From: a virus
Lineage: Duplodnaviria > Heunggongvirae > Uroviricota > Caudoviricetes
Virus record (IMG/VR): IMGVR_UViG_2693429700_000007
Strand: one strand, 5' to 3'
Length of the DNA: 15,853 nt
Of this stretch, positions 7,758 to 15,716 are shown piece by piece. Both the position numbers and the translations under genes were made by a program. The notes under the pieces are model-generated. The model ran no database searches, was not told the DNA's origin, and saw only the letters and a list, made by a program, of their open reading frames with translations. The first letter of the stretch is position 1; the number at the start of each line of letters is the position of its first letter.

Positions 7758-8963
7758 TTACGCCGCTGCAATCTTCAGCAGTTTGATGGCCTGCGAATCG
7801 ACCAGCATGCCGCCGGTGCGCTTGGTGGTATAAAAACCGACAAACGGTTTATTGGTGTACGGGTCACGCAGAATGCGGGTACCGATACGGTCAACGATGG
7901 TGTAACCCCGTTTGAAGTTACCAAATGCAATGGCTTTCGCATCAGCGGCAATATCCGGCATCTGTTCGTTTTCAGCGATACCGTAACCCGCCAGAGAGGA
8001 CGGCTGCCCCAGCTCCAGCCCCGGACGCCACAGATAGTTACCCTCGGTGTCTTTCAGCAGACGAATGGCAAACAGGCTGTTGTTGTTCATCATGAACTTC
8101 GCGCCGGTGCGGTGTGCCTTACGCAGCGTGTAAATCAGTTTGATAATAGCATCTGCAGTCACCGTCGTCGCTTCGCCGGATACAATATGCTGAAGTTTGC
8201 CGAACGCCCGGACCTTGTCGGTTTCATCAGTGGATTCATACGCCAGGAACCCTTTCGGCTTCTTGGTACCATCGCCGGTGGTAAAGGCAATTTCTTCCTG
8301 TTCGGCAAATTCGGTTGCCAGCTCGCTGTTGATCCAGGCCTCCACGTTGAAAAAGGCATCATCCAGCATTTTCTGGGTGGCCTGCGGGTTACCGTAGATT
8401 TCCCCCATGAAAGGTTCAATCAGCCCCAGTCTGGAAGTGGCAGTCTGGGAGCGCGCGTCAGTCTCGCCAACCCATCCGGAAGCCGTACCGCCCAGATTCA
8501 CCAGTTTTTTGTAGTCGGAACCGCCAACGGTGATCACCGTGGCTTCCTGGCGCATCACCACTTCATCTTTCAGCAGGTTAAGAATGTTGCGATCCAGCGC
8601 TTCCGGCACGGCATAGCCACCGTCTTCATCGGTGCCCACCTGTAATGCCTTACGCTCCAGATCGCGCAGACCATCTTCACGGCCTTTACGCAGGAAGCCC
8701 ACAAACGCTTCTTTATGCTCGGTGGCCAGTTTATTCTGCGCACCACCTGCCGGACGTTTCAGCTCAAGCAGCTCTTTTTCAAGATCGCTTTTGAGGTTTT
8801 CCAGCTCGCTGAGTTTCCCGTTCAGGGTTTCCACCTGCCCGGCAAGTTTGCCTTTTTCCTGCTCAATCGCATCCACGCGCTTGTCGTTCTTTGCTTTGAA
8901 GTCGTCAAACTTCTGCTGCAGCTCCTGCGCGACCTGTTCGACATCTTTAATATCAACCGCCAT
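7758..8963 (-). CDS. Major capsid protein, HK97 family, with N-terminal delta (scaffolding) domain
   Basis: 401-aa ORF, ATG at 8963-8961 with AGGAGA 7 nt upstream. The N-terminal ~100 aa are Lys/Glu-rich and predicted coiled coil (…KLAGQVETLNGKLSELENLKSDLEKELLELK…), as in the HK97 gp5 delta domain. Follows directly after the prohead protease. Confidence 0.85.
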   Translation of the reverse strand: MAVDIKDVEQVAQELQQKFDDFKAKNDKRVDAIEQEKGKLAGQVETLNGKLSELENLKSDLEKELLELKRPAGGAQNKLATEHKEAFVGFLRKGREDGLRDLERKALQVGTDEDGGYAVPEALDRNILNLLKDEVVMRQEATVITVGGSDYKKLVNLGGTASGWVGETDARSQTATSRLGLIEPFMGEIYGNPQATQKMLDDAFFNVEAWINSELATEFAEQEEIAFTTGDGTKKPKGFLAYESTDETDKVRAFGKLQHIVSGEATTVTADAIIKLIYTLRKAHRTGAKFMMNNNSLFAIRLLKDTEGNYLWRPGLELGQPSSLAGYGIAENEQMPDIAADAKAIAFGNFKRGYTIVDRIGTRILRDPYTNKPFVGFYTTKRTGGMLVDSQAIKLLKIAAA

Positions 8964-8977
8964 CGTATTTCTCCTGA

Positions 8978-9628
8978 TTAGAAGTTCAGATTTTTCAGTG
9001 CATTCAGTGCAGAGCCCACATCCTCAGCGTCGCGCAGGGACAGTGCGCCATAGCCCCCGGCCATGAATGCTTTGGCCTGGGAACGGGAGAGTCCGACATC
9101 ACGCAGGACTCTTTCAATTTTTTTCTGTTCGGGGATTTCCCCGCGGGCCAGTGCGTTCTTGACGTCGCTGATCCGCGCCTCGTCGTTAGACGGGAACGTC
9201 ACCAGGCTGACTTCCCAGAGGTCGATTTCTTTCAGCAGAAAGGCTTCTTTGCTCCGGTCGTATTCCCAATCTTTCAGGACGTACCCAATAGAAAGGCCGG
9301 TTAACGAACCGGCCTTCATGTGTGCATGTGCGCGTTTTGCGAGGGGATCATCATCAATAAGCAACCGTCCCCTGACGTAAAGCCCGACATCGTCTTCCTT
9401 CATTTCGGTGTAAACACCGATGGGTTCATCCATGCGGTGCTGCCAGAGCAGCGCAGGTAACGCTTTTCTGTCACTCCACGCCCGCAGGGAAGCAGCAAAT
9501 GCCCCGGACATCACCACATCATCGTGACTGTCCTTTACACCAAAGACGGAGCCATACCCTTCAAACTCACCTGAGTCACTGACAGATTTCAGACTCAGCG
9601 GTACATCAAGACGTTGTTTCGTCTGCAT
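8978..9628 (-). CDS. Prohead maturation protease, HK97 family
   Basis: Contains …SVFGVKDSHDDVVMSGAF… and …GLSIGY…, consistent with the His/Ser catalytic residues of HK97-type prohead proteases. Preferred start is ATG at 9628 with an AAGGA Shine-Dalgarno; the first ATG at 9664 has none. The gene overlaps the 3' end of the portal gene. Confidence 0.75.
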   Translation of the reverse strand: MQTKQRLDVPLSLKSVSDSGEFEGYGSVFGVKDSHDDVVMSGAFAASLRAWSDRKALPALLWQHRMDEPIGVYTEMKEDDVGLYVRGRLLIDDDPLAKRAHAHMKAGSLTGLSIGYVLKDWEYDRSKEAFLLKEIDLWEVSLVTFPSNDEARISDVKNALARGEIPEQKKIERVLRDVGLSRSQAKAFMAGGYGALSLRDAEDVGSALNALKNLNF

Positions 9629-10847
9629 TGGCGTTATCCTTCTGCTTACCGGCTTTACTGCCATCGGAGGGTTTCGTGGTCATGTTCATCGGTGTGAGAT
9701 AGACATCCCCACCGGGACGCGGATTCATATCTTCCAGGTCGCGGCAGTCATTGGGAGAGTAAATTCCCCAGTTGATCCCGGTGGCGTAGGCTTCAAAACG
9801 GGACTTCATATCCCCGCGCAGTAACGCCCCGGCGTTAAATTTGGCGTAATAAACGCCCTGCTTACTTTTTCGTACCAGTCCGGTGTTGATCCGCTGTTCG
9901 ATGCGGGTCAGATACGGCACCAGTGAATAGTTGATAAATCCCAGCCCCAGCTCTTCGATATTGTTGAAGGTGGCGCGATCGGTGTTCTGCACCATGTGCA
10001 ACGGCACCCGGAACAGACGACAGATTTCTTCAAGCTGAAACTTGCGGGTTTCCAGGAACTGGCTGTCCTCAGCGTTCAGCGCCATCGACTTCCAGTCCAG
10101 CCCCATCTCAAGGATCATCGGGCGGTGAGCATTGCCAAGCCCGGTGTGACGCTCCTCAAAATCTTTCTTCAGGCGCTCATAAGCCTGATCCGACAGCGTC
10201 TGTTCTGTACGCAACACACCGGACGTCACCGCACCATTGCTGAACAGTCTGGCCCCGTGCTCTTCGGTCGCTGCTGCCAGCGATATTGCCTCGCGGGCAT
10301 AGGCGACGGGATTCAGTCCCACCAGACCGTCCAGCGTCAGCGTGCGCACATGCCAGATATCTTCCTGGCTCAGTACATCCGTGGAACCGTCCGGGAATGT
10401 AACCTGATAGACCGGCTCCCAGCGACTGTTAAGCTTCGGTACCACACAACCGGGATCGACGGGCAGCAGTTCAGCCACTTCGCCAAATGCTTTCACTTTG
10501 TAGGCGTAAAAGTTTCCCTTCAGGCACAGACAGGTGACCACCAGCTCCCAGAACTCCTGCGGCGTCATATAGCCATTGGGATGCATGGAGATCAGCTTAT
10601 GCAGACGTTCGCCGGTGGCCCTCTGTTTCAGGCTGCCGTTCAGGTGATACAGATTGCAGGGCAACATCCCGACCGACTCTGCCAGCACTCTGACGCAGGA
10701 AAAAACCGCCGTCAGTCGCATGGCTCGCTGACTGCTGATCTGCTTTCCGGTATAGGTGTCGTAAGACAACCCGATGGCATCCGCCAGCTCTGCTGGCGTG
10801 GTCACCGGCGCGTCACTTTTTCGTTGAAATAATCCCGAAAAGAACAC
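9606..10847 (-). CDS. Portal protein (HK97 family)
   Basis: 413-aa ORF lying between terminase large subunit and prohead protease. GTG start at 10847-10845 overlaps the stop of the preceding small ORF (TAGTG). Size and position are typical of HK97-type portals. Confidence 0.8.
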   Translation of the reverse strand: MFFSGLFQRKSDAPVTTPAELADAIGLSYDTYTGKQISSQRAMRLTAVFSCVRVLAESVGMLPCNLYHLNGSLKQRATGERLHKLISMHPNGYMTPQEFWELVVTCLCLKGNFYAYKVKAFGEVAELLPVDPGCVVPKLNSRWEPVYQVTFPDGSTDVLSQEDIWHVRTLTLDGLVGLNPVAYAREAISLAAATEEHGARLFSNGAVTSGVLRTEQTLSDQAYERLKKDFEERHTGLGNAHRPMILEMGLDWKSMALNAEDSQFLETRKFQLEEICRLFRVPLHMVQNTDRATFNNIEELGLGFINYSLVPYLTRIEQRINTGLVRKSKQGVYYAKFNAGALLRGDMKSRFEAYATGINWGIYSPNDCRDLEDMNPRPGGDVYLTPMNMTTKPSDGSKAGKQKDNANADETTS

Positions 10848-11029
10848 TATTTACCTCCGCCGACAGACGGCTGTGTACGGTCGAGATATCGCGCCACCAG
10901 CCACGACCAGAACAGGCACAGCACCCCGGCAACAACAAAACCCGCCGGGGGATAAATCAGCCAGGCACCATACGCCAGCAAAAGCGCACCCAGCACGCCC
11001 ACCAGTGGCGCGAGAATTATCAGAAACAT
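10847..11029 (-). CDS. Small two-TMD membrane protein (60 aa) inserted between terminase large subunit and portal
   Basis: ATG at 11029-11027 with GAGG 7 nt upstream; stop overlaps the portal start. Sequence [60 protein letters not shown] shows two hydrophobic helices and a short polar/charged C-terminal tail. Confidence 0.55.
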   Translation of the reverse strand: MFLIILAPLVGVLGALLLAYGAWLIYPPAGFVVAGVLCLFWSWLVARYLDRTQPSVGGGK

Positions 11030-11040
11030 AATGACCTCGG

Positions 11041-12798
11041 TTAAAGCGAGCGGATGCCCACGCTGACCAGATGTTCAGACAGATCCGGCTCCGGTTCACC
11101 ACCATTGACCAGCATCCGGCTCATCGCTGTAAACATCGCAACAGGGCCGTCGATTTTGGCTTCCGGCGTGGATTTATTCGGGAAGATATTGTCGTTTTTG
11201 TCCGGTTTTACCGTAACGTTAGACATCATCCAGTTCATGACCGGATGATTGCTGTGATGGAAACGTCCGGCATAGACCAGTGATTCCGTTTCCTTCATGG
11301 CCTCTGACAGATTGCGAACCGTCTGCGGAACCTCCACCAGCGGTATCCCTTCTTCAGCCAGTGCCAGGCTGAACTGCATCGCGCTCCACGGGTCAAATCC
11401 CAGTTCCCTGAGGTTTTCACCACCAATCCATTCCAGTAAGTCACTTTTTATCTGAGCATGATCGATAACATCACCATCCGTCAGAATCAGCTTATCCATC
11501 TCCGCCCACTTCCGGTAAAGTTCTGCCTGCTGCCGCGAGCATCGTTCCAGCCGTCCTTCCGGGAGCCAGAATTTAAAATCGGCATGAACATGCCCGTTAT
11601 CCGTTCGCCAGAGTTTTGCCGCCGCACAGATATCAATCTTATGAGCAAGGTCAACGCCGACCCACATGGGATACGTTTTCAGCTCATGTCGTGGGGCAAT
11701 GTATTCGCATTTCTCCCACTTAATCATGTCCATCCAGGCAGACTCGGCAGTGACCCACACATTCATGTGTTTGGTAAAAAAATTCACCCGCGCTGAAACC
11801 TGTTCCTTCGCTTTTTTCGCCAGACGACGCAGATCATCCCAGCGTTTACAGATGCCCAGGCCCGGATTCGCTTTCTGCCAGACCGTTTCATCAAACGGAT
11901 CATCTCCCTCATCGAGCGTGTAAATAATCGCAAAGTAGGAGTCGTCTTTTACCGCGCCCTCCACGTCACTGTTATAGCCTCGCAATACCTTGATGGCGTA
12001 ATCGCGTTGCTCGTAACAAATCCCTTCCTTGTTAAAGCCCGCCGTGGTGATACCAAATAACAGGGACTGCAGACGGGCACCGGTTGCCGTTTCCAGAACG
12101 TCCCACACGTCGCGGGTTTTATGTGCATGCAGCTCATCAATAATGGCGCAGTGGATGTTCAGACCGTCCAGGTTGTTTGCATCCGAGGAAAGCGGTTCAA
12201 ATTTTGATGCGCTCTGCTCCTGGTAAATCGCCAGCTTGTTGAAATCAAACAACCGCCCGAGTGTCGACCGGGCTTTTCTGACCATATTTTTGGCGTCTTC
12301 AAACACGATTCTGGCCTGGTCACGCGTGGTTGCGGCTGAATACACCTCAGCACCGCCTTCACCATCTGCCCCCGTCATATAAAGACCGATACCCGATGAC
12401 AGGGTTGATTTTGCGTTTTTACGGGCGACTTCGTTGTACGCCGTCCGGAACCGGCGCACCATCACCGGGCGTCCGCTGCCATCGCTGCGCATGACAACTT
12501 CCCCGGTCTCTTCATTCACCAGCGGAATGACAAAACCAAAAATATTAATGAGGATAAATACATGCCAGTCCATCAACTCAATGGGCTGGCCTGCCAGCGC
12601 CCCTTTTACATGAGGCACAAATTTATAGAAATTCAGGATGTGTTGTGCACGGGGTTCACTGAAATAAATCCCCCGCTCTTCGCCGTACTTCAGATCATCA
12701 AGAAAACGCTGGCAGGCCAGACGGACAAATTCGCCAGCGACAATTTCTCCTGCAACAACACGTTCGGCGTAGCGGATCCCGTCAGCCACTTTTGCCAT
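11041..12798 (-). CDS. Terminase large subunit
   Basis: 585-aa ORF, ATG at 12798-12796 overlapping the small-subunit stop (ATGA). Size, position upstream of portal and overall sequence character fit a terminase ATPase/nuclease. Confidence 0.85.
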   Translation of the reverse strand: MAKVADGIRYAERVVAGEIVAGEFVRLACQRFLDDLKYGEERGIYFSEPRAQHILNFYKFVPHVKGALAGQPIELMDWHVFILINIFGFVIPLVNEETGEVVMRSDGSGRPVMVRRFRTAYNEVARKNAKSTLSSGIGLYMTGADGEGGAEVYSAATTRDQARIVFEDAKNMVRKARSTLGRLFDFNKLAIYQEQSASKFEPLSSDANNLDGLNIHCAIIDELHAHKTRDVWDVLETATGARLQSLLFGITTAGFNKEGICYEQRDYAIKVLRGYNSDVEGAVKDDSYFAIIYTLDEGDDPFDETVWQKANPGLGICKRWDDLRRLAKKAKEQVSARVNFFTKHMNVWVTAESAWMDMIKWEKCEYIAPRHELKTYPMWVGVDLAHKIDICAAAKLWRTDNGHVHADFKFWLPEGRLERCSRQQAELYRKWAEMDKLILTDGDVIDHAQIKSDLLEWIGGENLRELGFDPWSAMQFSLALAEEGIPLVEVPQTVRNLSEAMKETESLVYAGRFHHSNHPVMNWMMSNVTVKPDKNDNIFPNKSTPEAKIDGPVAMFTAMSRMLVNGGEPEPDLSEHLVSVGIRSL

Positions 12799-13280
12799 CA
12801 GTCTCTCGCTTTTAAAAGCTCCGCCAGCGGATCAACATCATCCGGTCCGGTGGTATTTACTTTCGCCCGGCTTGCCGGTGACATACCAAACTCTGCAAGC
12901 ATCGCCCGGATCCGCTTCCAGGCATCCGCTTTCATTGCCGCCGCGGGGTGCGCCTTAATCAGTACATCACCACTCTGCGTTTCCGTGCGATAGGTATACC
13001 CCTCAACATCCAGTGTTTCGCAGTGATGCCGATATTCGGTGTAGGCTTCCACCAGTAACTCGAGCGCACGCGCATCAAGCTGAGAAATGATCCCTTCCGC
13101 ATTCAGCTCTTCCGCCATTCGCCTGAACCAGTACTTCCCCTGTGCCCCTAAATGCTGCGGAATTTTAGGAAGACCTTTTTCATCCTTTTTAGCGGTTTTT
13201 TTGGGGTCTTTAACGGGGCGCTTTGAGGGGTTGCCTCGTATCAAATGCAGGCGTGGCGGGGTTTTCGGGGGTCCTGACAT
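12798..13280 (-). CDS. Terminase small subunit (P27-like family)
   Basis: 160-aa ORF, ATG at 13280-13278. Basic N-terminus MSGPPKTPPRLHLIRGNPSKRPVKDPKK... is typical of P27/HK97 gp1-type small terminase subunits. Lies immediately upstream of the large subunit. Confidence 0.75.
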   Translation of the reverse strand: MSGPPKTPPRLHLIRGNPSKRPVKDPKKTAKKDEKGLPKIPQHLGAQGKYWFRRMAEELNAEGIISQLDARALELLVEAYTEYRHHCETLDVEGYTYRTETQSGDVLIKAHPAAAMKADAWKRIRAMLAEFGMSPASRAKVNTTGPDDVDPLAELLKARD

Positions 13281-13426
13281 AATCGGTCTTACCTATCAAT
13301 CGTTTGTTCACATTTCCAAAAAAGTTTTCGAACCTGCGGCGATGCGAGGAAAGGTCAGGCGGCGGTCCTGAGCAGCCTGGGTTGCAGAGATTTGACCCGC
13401 CCCTCCCCCACAGATGAGAACAGTTA
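13281..13426. other. Candidate cos region (intergenic, between HNH and terminase small subunit)
   Basis: 146-bp non-coding gap at the position where HK97-like phages carry cos. It contains the G+C-rich motif AGGTCAGGCGGCGGTCCTGAGC (13353-13374), which resembles the lambda cosN core GGGCGGCGACCT. Exact cut sites cannot be determined from sequence. Confidence 0.3.
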
Positions 13427-13777
13427 TCAGTTGATGCGTTCGCGCGCTGTTTTTGCTTTATGGCAGGACCAGCACAGACTCTGCAGGTTACTGTCTGCAT
13501 CCGTGCCACCATGAGCTTTCGGAATGATGTGGTCCACAGTTCTGGCTTCAACGGCTCTCCCATTGCGCAGGCAGTTCTGACACAGATGATTATCACGCTT
13601 CAGTATGCGCGCACGTATGGTATCCCATTTCGAACCATATCCACGCTGGTGGCGGCTCAGTCCGCGTTGATGCTGTACCCATCCTTCGCCACGATGTGTA
13701 TCACAGTAACCAGAACTGTCTGTGGTTGTATCTGCACATCCACGCTTACGACAGGCGCGTGGGATTCGTGATGGCAT
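13427..13777 (-). CDS. HNH endonuclease (terminase-associated, HK97 gp74-like)
   Basis: 116-aa ORF, ATG at 13777-13775. Cys-rich with a clear HNH motif: …VDHIIPKAHGGTDADSNLQSLCWSCHKAK…. Its position directly upstream of cos and terS matches the HNH proteins that assist HK97-type terminases. Confidence 0.85.
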   Translation of the reverse strand: MPSRIPRACRKRGCADTTTDSSGYCDTHRGEGWVQHQRGLSRHQRGYGSKWDTIRARILKRDNHLCQNCLRNGRAVEARTVDHIIPKAHGGTDADSNLQSLCWSCHKAKTARERIN

Positions 13778-13797
13778 GGAATTTCGTTCTCCGGCTA

Positions 13798-14094
13798 TTA
13801 AAGCGCTTGTCCCTCAGGGAGGATACAGATCACCCCCAACCCCGCAGCCACGGCGTACTGATTATGTTCATCGACAAGATTTATTGTGCTATCAAGTAAC
13901 TCACGACAGTGGCTTACATTCGTTTCAATGCTCAACACCAGTGAATAAGCACTATTCAACTCCTGACCTGATAAGAACGGAGAATCAGCAGAAACAATTT
14001 CCGATTTTATTTTTCGCAGAGCGCAAAGATTTTCTTCAATGCATTTTCTCAGGACAACGCAACGCCCAATCGCCTCATAGTTTTGCTCAGACAT
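13798..14094 (-). CDS. Hypothetical protein (98 aa), moron-like gene between Rz/Rz1 and HNH
   Basis: The track ORF opens with TTG at 14112. The likely start is ATG at 14094-14092 with AGGTGGG upstream. Translation MSEQNYEAIGRCVVLRKCIEENLCALRKIKSEIVSADSPFLSGQELNSAYSLVLSIETNV... has no signal peptide or TMD. The region looks lower in G+C than its flanks by eye. Confidence 0.5.
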   Translation of the reverse strand: MSEQNYEAIGRCVVLRKCIEENLCALRKIKSEIVSADSPFLSGQELNSAYSLVLSIETNVSHCRELLDSTINLVDEHNQYAVAAGLGVICILPEGQAL

Positions 14095-14119
14095 TTCACC
14101 CACCTGTTTCAAAAGTACT

Positions 14120-14584
14120 CTACTTAATGCACTGATCGCGGATATATTCCTGCAATCCCCTGATCATTTTTTCGCTGGTTGCAGCTCGCTCTCTGAGGAT
14201 GAAATAATCCCGTTGAGCGGAGTCAGTAAGTCCGGGGCTGGCTGCATCATCCACGCCGGAGGAGGCGGTGGCTTCACGCACGGCTGGACAGACTGCTCTG
14301 ATGCGCAACCGACGACGACCAGCGGCAATATCATCACGCAGAGCATCATTTTCAGCTTTCGCATCAGCTAATTCCTTTGAATATTTTGCATCGAGTGCAG
14401 CAACGTCACGCTGGCGCACCTGCATATCAGTAATGATCGCCTCTGCCAGTTTCAGCTCTCTGGCATTGTCATCGCGTTGTGTTTTGTAGGTAATGGCGTT
14501 ATCGCGGTAATGCTCTGTTGCCAGCCACAGAGCACTACAGACCATCAGCAGGACAATAATCACGCCATACAGAATTCGGTTCAT
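14120..14584 (-). CDS. Rz: i-spanin Rz
   Basis: Start ATG at 14584-14582 (MNRILYGVIIVLLMVCSALWLATEHYRDNAITYKTQRDDNARELKLAEAIITDMQ...), 1 nt after the upstream ORF stop (TGAAATG), with GGTGG Shine-Dalgarno. Closely resembles lambda Rz from memory, with an N-terminal TMD and coiled-coil periplasmic domain. The track ORF extends 17 codons further upstream, which I judge spurious. Confidence 0.85.
   Translation of the reverse strand: MNRILYGVIIVLLMVCSALWLATEHYRDNAITYKTQRDDNARELKLAEAIITDMQVRQRDVAALDAKYSKELADAKAENDALRDDIAAGRRRLRIRAVCPAVREATASSGVDDAASPGLTDSAQRDYFILRERAATSEKMIRGLQEYIRDQCIK
14164..14364 (-). CDS. Rz1: o-spanin Rz1 (lipoprotein, embedded in the +1 frame of Rz)
   Basis: MRKLKMMLCVMILPLVVVGCASEQSVQPCVKPPPPPAWMMQPAPDLLTPLNGIISS... 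has a lipobox (LVVVGC) and a Pro-rich stretch, and closely resembles lambda Rz1 from memory. Entirely nested within Rz. Confidence 0.85.
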   Translation of the reverse strand: MRKLKMMLCVMILPLVVVGCASEQSVQPCVKPPPPPAWMMQPAPDLLTPLNGIISSSESELQPAKK

Positions 14585-14585
14585 T

Positions 14586-14723
14586 TCACCACCAGCGTAT
14601 CTGACCGATGAAATAACCGGAGCCCATAACCACAAACACCAGCCAGATAAGGATGAACTTCCAGATGGATAATTTTTCAGCCATCACTCGAATCTCCAGA
14701 ATCAGTTTGCTAAAATCAAACAC
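14586..14723 (-). CDS. Small single-TMD membrane protein (45 aa from GTG; 32 aa if from the internal ATG at 14684) between the endolysin and Rz
   Basis: GTG at 14723-14721 with a strong AAAGGAGAAAAC Shine-Dalgarno. Translation MFDFSKLILEIRVMAEKLSIWKFILIWLVFVVMGSGYFIGQIRWW* has one hydrophobic helix, and its stop is 1 nt from the Rz ATG. The track's 64-aa version would run through the upstream hairpin and is less likely. Confidence 0.5.
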   Translation of the reverse strand: MFDFSKLILEIRVMAEKLSIWKFILIWLVFVVMGSGYFIGQIRWW

Positions 14724-14756
14724 GTTTTCTCCTTTAGCTTTCCCATGGGCAGAAAA

Positions 14757-14800
14757 CAAAACCCCGCTTGCTGCCAACAAACGGGGTTTTTGCTTTTATT
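14757..14800. terminator. Hairpin with flanking T-tracts (possible bidirectional intrinsic terminator) inside the lysis cassette
   Basis: Plus strand reads AAAACCCCG-(15-nt loop with internal TTG/CAA pairing)-CGGGGTTTT followed by TGCTTTTATT. On the minus strand the same stem is followed by GUUUUCUG, then the Shine-Dalgarno of the small ORF. The T-tract is better on the plus strand. Confidence 0.45.
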
Positions 14801-14880
14801 CACTTACCTTTTGCCAGTTTGCAGAATATCGTGCTATCCGCTTGTGTGAGCAAACGGCATTTTTCAGCAAAATATTCTGC

Positions 14881-15414
14881 TTATCTGTCGATCCCCCAGC
14901 ACACCAGCGCACTCTCCTGGTCACGACGAATAACCTGACCGTAACAGTTATTTGAACGAATGCGGCAATCACGGCCACCGTCCTTAATCCACCAGCGAAT
15001 CGCCTCGCATGCGCCTTTGCGATCACCGGCATTCAGCCGCTTATAAAACGTCGACGGGAAACACTTACCGGGGCCAATGTTATAGGGACAAAATGACGCA
15101 ATACCTGCTTTTTGTGGTTCGGTCAGTGGTACTTTTATATTGCGATCCACCCATGCCAGCGCCTTATCACGTTCAATAGCGTTAACCTGGTCGCATTTTT
15201 CCTTCGACAGCTTCATTCCCGGTATGACGGGCTTACCATCCACCATTGTGGCACCACGACAGATGGTCCATATGCCAGAACCATCACGGTATGCCGTTGT
15301 GTGGTTACCTTCTTTTTCATCCAGAAACTGGTCAAGTATTTGAGGAGCAGACGCGCCTGCAGCAATCAGCGCCAGAACGGCAGCTGACAGGCCGTATTTG
15401 ATTTTTGCGTTCAT
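14881..15414 (-). CDS. R: Endolysin, T4-lysozyme-like (GH24), probable SAR (signal-anchor-release) type
   Basis: 177-aa ORF, ATG at 15414-15412. Catalytic spacing E-x8-D-x5-T is present (EGNHTTAYRDGSGIWT). The N-terminus YGLSAAVLALIAAGASAPQIL is a weakly hydrophobic Gly/Ala-rich segment typical of SAR domains. It resembles phage 21 R and E. coli prophage Rrr-type lysozymes from memory. No clear Shine-Dalgarno. Confidence 0.85.
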   Translation of the reverse strand: MNAKIKYGLSAAVLALIAAGASAPQILDQFLDEKEGNHTTAYRDGSGIWTICRGATMVDGKPVIPGMKLSKEKCDQVNAIERDKALAWVDRNIKVPLTEPQKAGIASFCPYNIGPGKCFPSTFYKRLNAGDRKGACEAIRWWIKDGGRDCRIRSNNCYGQVIRRDQESALVCWGIDR

Positions 15415-15477
15415 GGATATTTATCAGAATTTACCGGTTTCTGCCCATGGACAGGTTTATCTGTTCCGGTCAGTGGC

Positions 15478-15716
15478 TTAAGGTTGCGATTCCGGAGGAG
15501 TCTTCAGAGAACAAGTAATTCTTCCCGGTAGCTTTCCTTTGTAGGTTACCCACACATTCTGCGCCTCAAAAATTATGGGGCGTTTTTCTGGCGACGGCTC
15601 ATCCCATTCACATAACCTGGCAGCAACATCCAGAAATACCTGTCTGATTCTCCTTCTGGCTGCTGCCTCATAAAACTCCAGCGCGGCACCTTCAACACGG
15701 TCCAGCGAGATGTCCA
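15478..15716 (-). pseudogene. 5'-truncated ORF upstream of the endolysin, interrupted by the IS insertion (possible DUF1327/YdfR-like gene remnant)
   Basis: The 79-codon frame ends in TAA at 15478 and its apparent ATG overlaps the first base of the IS inverted repeat (15717), so the native N-terminus lies beyond the IS. Hydrophilic, so not a holin. The family suggestion comes only from recalled gene order in E. coli Qin-like prophages. Confidence 0.4.

Noticed and set aside
8112-8645. 177-aa plus-strand ORF inside the major capsid gene
   Set aside because: Antisense to the capsid gene, with no ribosome-binding site or recognisable motifs; a shadow ORF.
9996-10832. 278-aa plus-strand ORF inside the portal gene
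   Set aside because: Antisense shadow ORF of the portal gene; Arg/His/Gln-rich composition and no independent support.
13210-13596. 128-aa minus-strand ORF spanning the terS start, the cos gap and the HNH 3' end
   Set aside because: It overlaps two well-supported genes in other frames and crosses the putative cos region, so it is unlikely to be coding.
13722-14135. 137-aa plus-strand ORF antisense to the 98-aa hypothetical and the HNH start
   Set aside because: It runs against the uniform minus-strand operon orientation and overlaps the HNH start codon. The minus-strand ORF has the better ribosome-binding site. It could only be reconsidered if strand-specific RNA-seq showed plus-strand expression.
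14586-14780. 64-aa extended version of the small lysis-cassette ORF (track start at 14780)
   Set aside because: The extension would be translated through the terminator-like hairpin at 14757-14791 and has no Shine-Dalgarno, whereas the internal GTG at 14723 has a strong one.
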